From the IMG/VR virus record IMGVR_UViG_3300022916_000005: 64,000 nucleotides of DNA; one strand, 5' to 3'. The position numbers and the translations under genes were made by a program. The stretch is from a virus. This document shows, piece after piece, positions 59,132 through 64,000 of this stretch. Below the pieces are notes generated by a model. That model searched no databases, was not told the origin of the DNA, and saw only the letters and a list, made by a program, of their open reading frames with translations. How positions within the stretch are numbered: position 1 is the stretch's first letter; each line of letters begins with the position of its first letter.

Positions 59132-59662
59132 ATGATGGCGAATTTCGAGACATATGAAGTGAGAGTGTATGCCAATGGTGACAAATTTTGGTGTCAAAAT
59201 GACAAGTTTCACCGCATTGACGGCCCTGCCGTTGAATATGTCAATGGTGACAAACATTGGTATCAAAATGGCAAGCGTCACCGCATTGACGGCCCTGCCG
59301 TTGAATATGTCAATGGTGACAAACATTGGTATCAAAATGGCAAGCGTCACCGCATTGACGGCCCTGCCGTTGAACATGCCAATGGTGACAAATCTTGGTA
59401 TCAAAATGGCAAGTGTCACCGCATTGACGGCCCTGCCGTTGAATCTGCCAATGGTGACAAATTTTGGTATCAAAATGACAAGTGTCACCGCATTGACGGC
59501 CCTGCCTGTGAATATGCCAATGGTGACAAAGATTGGTATCTTGATGGAGAATGTTATACCGAGCATGACTATAACACCGAGATTGCCAAGCGAAATGCCA
59601 ATACTTGCGAAGATCGCCTTGTCGAGATTGACGGTATCAAGTACAAGTTGCTCAAGGTCTGA
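59132..59662 (+). CDS. MORN-like HRxDGPA repeat protein, class II (5 repeats)
   Basis: Repeats and caps; own promoter at 59067. Confidence 0.88.
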   Translation: MMANFETYEVRVYANGDKFWCQNDKFHRIDGPAVEYVNGDKHWYQNGKRHRIDGPAVEYVNGDKHWYQNGKRHRIDGPAVEHANGDKSWYQNGKCHRIDGPAVESANGDKFWYQNDKCHRIDGPACEYANGDKDWYLDGECYTEHDYNTEIAKRNANTCEDRLVEIDGIKYKLLKV

Positions 59663-59749
59663 CAATCCTGCCAAAACTTTCCCCTTGACTTGACGGTCAT
59701 CCTGTGGTATCATGTATCTAGAAACGGTCAAGAAATAACAAACGAGGCA

Positions 59750-60142
59750 ATGATGGCGAATTTCGAGACATATGAAGTGAGAGTGTATGCCAATGGTACC
59801 AAATGTTGGTGTCAAAATGACAAGTTTCACCGCATTGACGGCCCTGCTGTTGAACATGCCAGTGGTTTCAAAGTTTGGTATCAAAATGGCAAGTTTCACC
59901 GCATTGACGGCCCTGCCGTTGAACGTGCCAATGGTGACAAATTTTGGTTTCAAAATGGCAAATATCACCGCATTGACGGCCCTGCCGTTGAATCTGCCAA
60001 TGGTGACAAATATTGGTATCTTGATGGTGTCGAATATTTCGAGCATGACTATAACACCGAGATTGCCAAGCGAAATGCCAATACTTGCGAAGATCGCCTT
60101 GTCGAGATTGACGGTATCAAGTACAAGTTGCTCAAGGTCTGA
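59750..60142 (+). CDS. MORN-like HRxDGPA repeat protein, class II (3 repeats)
   Basis: Tandem cassette copy; promoter at 59685. Confidence 0.88.
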   Translation: MMANFETYEVRVYANGTKCWCQNDKFHRIDGPAVEHASGFKVWYQNGKFHRIDGPAVERANGDKFWFQNGKYHRIDGPAVESANGDKYWYLDGVEYFEHDYNTEIAKRNANTCEDRLVEIDGIKYKLLKV

Positions 60143-60230
60143 CAATCCTGCCAAAACTTCCCCTTGACTTGACGGTCATCCTGTGGTATCATGTATCTAG
60201 AAACGGTCGAGAAGAAGGAAGGAAATATAA

Positions 60231-61358
60231 ATGGGTATGTTAGACGATAAGCGACTAAAGTTGATGATTGATCTGAAGGATATTGAATCCAAGGCAATCG
60301 ATCAGATCGAAAACATCTTGAAGATGGACTTTATCGTCAAGCTCGCCATTATGCCCGACGTTCACATGGGTTACACCTTACCAATTGGAGGTGTGGCTTT
60401 GACGAAAGATGTTATCTCTCCTGTTTTCGTAGGATATGACATTGGGTGCGGAATGTGCCTTGTCGAGACCAACATTAAGGCATCAAAGTGGAATCAGGGA
60501 AAGAAAGAGAGAATCTACAAGGCAATCTGTGAGGCAATTCCTGTCGGAAAAACGTCTCACGAGGATTCCCAGGATTATGTAGATTTTGTCTCGGAATCCA
60601 AGAACAAAAACCTTGACAAGAAGGTCAATAGTCGTCTTAAGATTCAGCTAGGAACGTTAGGATCGGGAAACCACTTCATCGAGTTAGGCGAGAACAAAGA
60701 AGGAAAGATTTGTATCACCATTCATTCAGGTTCTAGGAACATCGGACATTCTATTGCAACCTACTACATGAACATCAAACAGGACGGGCTAGACAAGGGA
60801 TTCTTGCATCTTGATTCTGTAGAAGGTCGTCAGTATGCCGCAGACCTTCTATTCGCTCAGAACTACGCATTAGACAATCGTAAGCACATGATGAAGGCTG
60901 TCCTTGAGATCCTTAATGTTAAAGATGTTGATGGTGCGATAAAGGGGATGATCAATGAAAACCACAACCATGCCATTGTTCTTGATGGTGGACTTGTTTT
61001 GCATAGGAAGGGAGCGACTCCGGCAGACAAAGGTCAGTTAGGTGTAATTCCTGCCAACATGCGAGATGGCGTGTATGTGACGAAAGGTCTTGGCAACGAT
61101 GAGTATCTTAACTCTGCCTCTCACGGATGCGGGCGAACGATGGGGAGAAATGATGCAAAGAGAAACCTTGATGTAGATGTCTTTAAGAAGGGCATGAAGG
61201 GAATTGTTGCAAGCGTTGATAAGTCGTCTTTGGATGAAGCCCCGATGGCATACAAGGATGCAAATTTTGTCATTGATGCTCAGAAGGGTATTGCGGTAGA
61301 TGTCATCGATCATATCAAGACCCTTATCGTTGTGAAAGGTACGTCAAGACCTTTATAA
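60231..61358 (+). CDS. rtcB: RtcB RNA 3'-phosphate/5'-OH ligase
   Basis: MPDVH.G, DIGCG, GTLGSGNHFIE, HSGSR, HNH, HRKGAT, SHG.GR, DEAP.AYK. Confidence 0.95.
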   Translation: MGMLDDKRLKLMIDLKDIESKAIDQIENILKMDFIVKLAIMPDVHMGYTLPIGGVALTKDVISPVFVGYDIGCGMCLVETNIKASKWNQGKKERIYKAICEAIPVGKTSHEDSQDYVDFVSESKNKNLDKKVNSRLKIQLGTLGSGNHFIELGENKEGKICITIHSGSRNIGHSIATYYMNIKQDGLDKGFLHLDSVEGRQYAADLLFAQNYALDNRKHMMKAVLEILNVKDVDGAIKGMINENHNHAIVLDGGLVLHRKGATPADKGQLGVIPANMRDGVYVTKGLGNDEYLNSASHGCGRTMGRNDAKRNLDVDVFKKGMKGIVASVDKSSLDEAPMAYKDANFVIDAQKGIAVDVIDHIKTLIVVKGTSRPL

Positions 61359-61393
61359 AACAAAATAGAGAAGAACAACATAACGAGGCAATT

Positions 61394-61786
61394 ATGGCGA
61401 ATTTCGAGACATATGAAGTGAAAGTGTATGACAATGGTGACAAATCTTGGTATCAAAATGGCAAGTGTCACCGCATTGACGGCCCTGCCATTGAATATGC
61501 CGATGGTGACAAATCTTGGTATCAAAATGGCAAGTGTCACCGCATTGACGGCCCTGCTGCCGAATATGCCGATGGTGACAAATTTTGGTATCAAAATGGC
61601 AAGCGTCACCGCATTGACGGCCCTGCCATTGAACGTGCCAATGGTGACAAATGTTGGTACATTGATGATAAGTACTATTCCGAGCATGACTACAATGCCG
61701 AGATTACCAAGCGCAATGCCAATACCTGCGAAGATCGCCTTGTCGAGATTGACGGCATCAAGTACAAGCTGATCAAGGCTTGCTAA
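61394..61786 (+). CDS. MORN-like HRxDGPA repeat protein, class II (3 repeats)
   Basis: Repeats and caps. Confidence 0.88.
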   Translation: MANFETYEVKVYDNGDKSWYQNGKCHRIDGPAIEYADGDKSWYQNGKCHRIDGPAAEYADGDKFWYQNGKRHRIDGPAIERANGDKCWYIDDKYYSEHDYNAEITKRNANTCEDRLVEIDGIKYKLIKAC

Positions 61787-61888
61787 TCCTGCCAAAACTT
61801 TCCCCTTGACTGCCACGTCATCCTGTGGTACTATAGGGCATGAGGTTGAGGGATTGAGTCAAAACGAACGAACTGAGAGGGATATATC

Positions 61889-62191
61889 ATGACGACGATT
61901 GGACGTGGAATGTTTGCGAAAGGGATCAAGTCGAGCACAGCGAACAGCAAGGTGACGGTCAAGACACCGGACGGAAAGGTGCGAACGATGCACAAGAACG
62001 GCAAGATGGCGAAGGAAGGCGGAATCGTCGGCCCGAAGGCCCACGCGCGCAATTTGCGAACGTCCGTCAAGTCCGAGAAGGTCGTCAACCGTGTCAATAC
62101 GGTTAGCGGTAGCAAGGCCGCGAAGGTCGTCATTCGCAAGCGCAACGAGGAAGCCGTCACCTTCATCACGGGTCGCATTGCCGATAACTAA
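61889..62191 (+). CDS. GC-rich, highly basic small early protein
   Basis: K/R-rich 100 aa; promoter at 61806. Confidence 0.7.
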   Translation: MTTIGRGMFAKGIKSSTANSKVTVKTPDGKVRTMHKNGKMAKEGGIVGPKAHARNLRTSVKSEKVVNRVNTVSGSKAAKVVIRKRNEEAVTFITGRIADN

Positions 62192-62362
62192 GAAATAAAC
62201 ATCATGAAGAAGATAAACCCATATAAGCTCAACGATCAAGAGGCCATTAGATTTCTTATCTTTTTGGGAATTACAGGAATGTTTGACCCATTCATGGTAT
62301 GTATCTTTCTTTCAGTTATGTGGAAGCACCTGGATTAGTAGTAGAAGCAACATAACGAGGCA

Positions 62363-62755
62363 ATGATGGCAAATTTCGAGACATATGAAGTGAGAGTGTA
62401 TGCCAATGGTGACAAACATTGGTATCAAAATGGCAAACATCACCGCATTGACGGCCCTGCCATTGAATATGTCAATGGTGACAAATATTGGTATCAAAAT
62501 GGCAAACATTACCGCATTGACGGTCCTGCTGTTGAATATGCCAATGGTGAGAAACATTGGTATCAAAATGGCAAACATCACCGCATTGACGGCCCTGCCG
62601 TTGAATATGCCAATGGTGACAAATCTTGGTATCTTGATGGTGTCGAATATTTCGAGCATGACCACAACAACGAGATTGCCAAGCGAAATGGCAATTCCTG
62701 CGAAAATCGCCTTGTCGAGATTGAAGGCGTCAAGTACAAGTTGCTCAAGGTCTGA
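62363..62755 (+). CDS. MORN-like HRxDGPA repeat protein, class II (3 repeats)
   Basis: Repeats and caps. Confidence 0.88.
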   Translation: MMANFETYEVRVYANGDKHWYQNGKHHRIDGPAIEYVNGDKYWYQNGKHYRIDGPAVEYANGEKHWYQNGKHHRIDGPAVEYANGDKSWYLDGVEYFEHDHNNEIAKRNGNSCENRLVEIEGVKYKLLKV

Positions 62756-63003
62756 CAATCCTGCCATGAATAACGATACACGATTCATTATCATATTCTC
62801 TGTTTAGCAACAATCCTCCTTGACAATCCCTCCCCTCTATGATATCATATATATACCAGATAAGGAAGAAGCGCAAAGAAGGAAGTATGTCGTTATTTGT
62901 CGATAATTGGATGGATATGAAACAGTTTAGAAAGGGAAACTCTTTGGTTAAGGACAGAACCTTGATCTGTGATAGATATCCCCGAGAAGGACAAAATAAA
63001 ACA

Positions 63004-63452
63004 ATGAGATATAAGATAGGAACAATACTGTACGATACAGGAAAGAACTATAGAGAGTACGGAGTAATAAGAAGAACAAAAGACTATGCTTATAGTCATG
63101 TGAAGTACTATGAGATATATTGGTATAAGACAAAATCAATAGAACAGTATTCAAAAGAAGGATTAAGAGAACTAGTATTAAGTGATAGATTCAGGGTAAT
63201 ATTAGAAGGAAAGGAAGAAGAAAAAACTTAATGAATCTAAAAGAATATAAGATAAAGGTAGGAACTGTATTGTATGATACAGATGAAGGGTATAAAGAGT
63301 ATGGAGTAGTAATAGATGAGAGGGTAGAAAAAGATTATGGAAGTATAATCTATAAGGTCTATTGGTATGGACTAAGAACAAGAGAAGATTACTATAAAAC
63401 AGTCTTAGAATCTACAATTAGAATGGGTCGATATGAGGTTATTGTAGTGTAA
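63004..63452 (+). other. Two small KVGD-family paralogs (63004-63231, 63231-63452)
   Basis: K(I/V)GT(I/V)LYDT...EYGVI...YWY. Confidence 0.6.
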
Positions 63453-63460
63453 ATGGGGAA

Positions 63461-63506
63461 CTGTGGGAAGATGTGGGAAGATGTGGTAAAATGTGGTAAA
63501 ATGTGG
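63461..63506. repeat. 10-bp tandem repeat (ATGTGG(G/T)AA(G/A)) x~4.5
   Basis: ctgtgggaag atgtgggaag atgtggtaaa atgtggtaaa atgtgg. Confidence 0.8.
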
Positions 63507-64000
63507 AGTGTCAAAAAAACATACCAAAAGATGTAATAAAAACAGGGACTTACGCGATTTTGGAAAAAAATTTACATCCAGATTTACGTCCAAATTAGGG
63601 CATTTTAGGGCATATTATAGCATACACTAACAACACTCCAAAAGTAGGAACAATATACTACGATACCGTATATAAAGAGTATGGTATCGTCTTGTCAACA
63701 GATATAGAACATGAAATTGTCACAATAAAGTGGATACCGATAAAAGGTACAGAAACCTTTGAAAGAATAGACCATAAATTCCCAATAGATTATCTGGATA
63801 GTCATATGTGTGTTATCTTAACATAGAAAAGGAATAGAATGTCAAGTCCTAAATTCAGAATAGGCACGATTTTGCTCTGTGAACACCAAAGCCACAGAGC
63901 ATTTGGAGTTGTCATAGGTATAGATGCTGTAAGTTATACTATAAGTTGGCCACATTATGGCATTAAAAAGCATCCTACTGATATTATGGACAGGATATAT

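Larger units (their letters stand above)
45760..62848 (+). repeat. Dispersed early-promoter repeat family AAACTTTYCCC-TTGAC(T/A)-17-TA(T/C)(C/T/G)AT (e.g. -35 at 45767, 50559, 52602, 53986, 54256, 54502, 56286, 56553, 57867, 58712, 59067, 59685, 60164, 61806, 62820)
   Basis: Near-identical 40-60 bp blocks such as TTGACTGCCACGTCATCCTGTGGTATCATGTATCTAGAAACGGTC. Confidence 0.85.

Noticed and set aside
25312-62755. Classical diversity-generating retroelement acting on the repeat genes
   Set aside because: No RT, Avd or AAY-rich template repeat in the window. Silent adenines (GAA, CAA) in the scaffold do not vary, and some changes are not at template-A positions. A system acting in trans from outside the window cannot be excluded.
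1-64000. Stop-codon recoding or suppressor tRNA
   Set aside because: Long core genes are intact in the standard code, all three stop codons are used, and no CTA/TCA-anticodon tRNA was seen.
1-64000. Prophage integrase, att sites or IS elements
   Set aside because: No integrase, transposase, terminal inverted repeats or host-gene boundary recognised.

Overview
64-kb segment of a large, AT-rich, lytic-type dsDNA (jumbo-like) bacteriophage genome in standard genetic code, with essentially all genes on the + strand. The left ~24 kb is a replication/nucleotide-metabolism/proteostasis module: ThyX, GIY-YIG homing endonuclease, DnaB-like helicase with a mini-intein, class II RNR, GroES-like, MT-A70 methylase, DnaE, dUTPase, ClpP-like and GroEL. 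The right ~40 kb is an early/accessory region built from ~30 near-consensus sigma70 promoter cassettes. It holds a MoxR-AAA/vWA pair, three different RNA ligases (Rnl2-like, Rnl1-like, RtcB), two metallophosphoesterases, a deaminase, 8 tRNAs, and two non-coding intervals rich in pseudoknots and tRNA-like folds. The standout signal is a family of 12 dispersed genes built from 48 copies (my count) of a 69-bp/23-aa MORN-like 'HRIDGPA' repeat. Their synonymous sites are almost frozen while specific codons are hypervariable, and exact multi-repeat tracts are shared between distant genes. This looks like a combinatorial, gene-conversion-driven binding-protein diversification system. No reverse transcriptase or DGR template is visible in the window. 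A second expanded family of ~45 small 'KVGD'-type beta-barrel-like ORFs is scattered throughout. All calls are from reading motifs by eye; no database searches were run.
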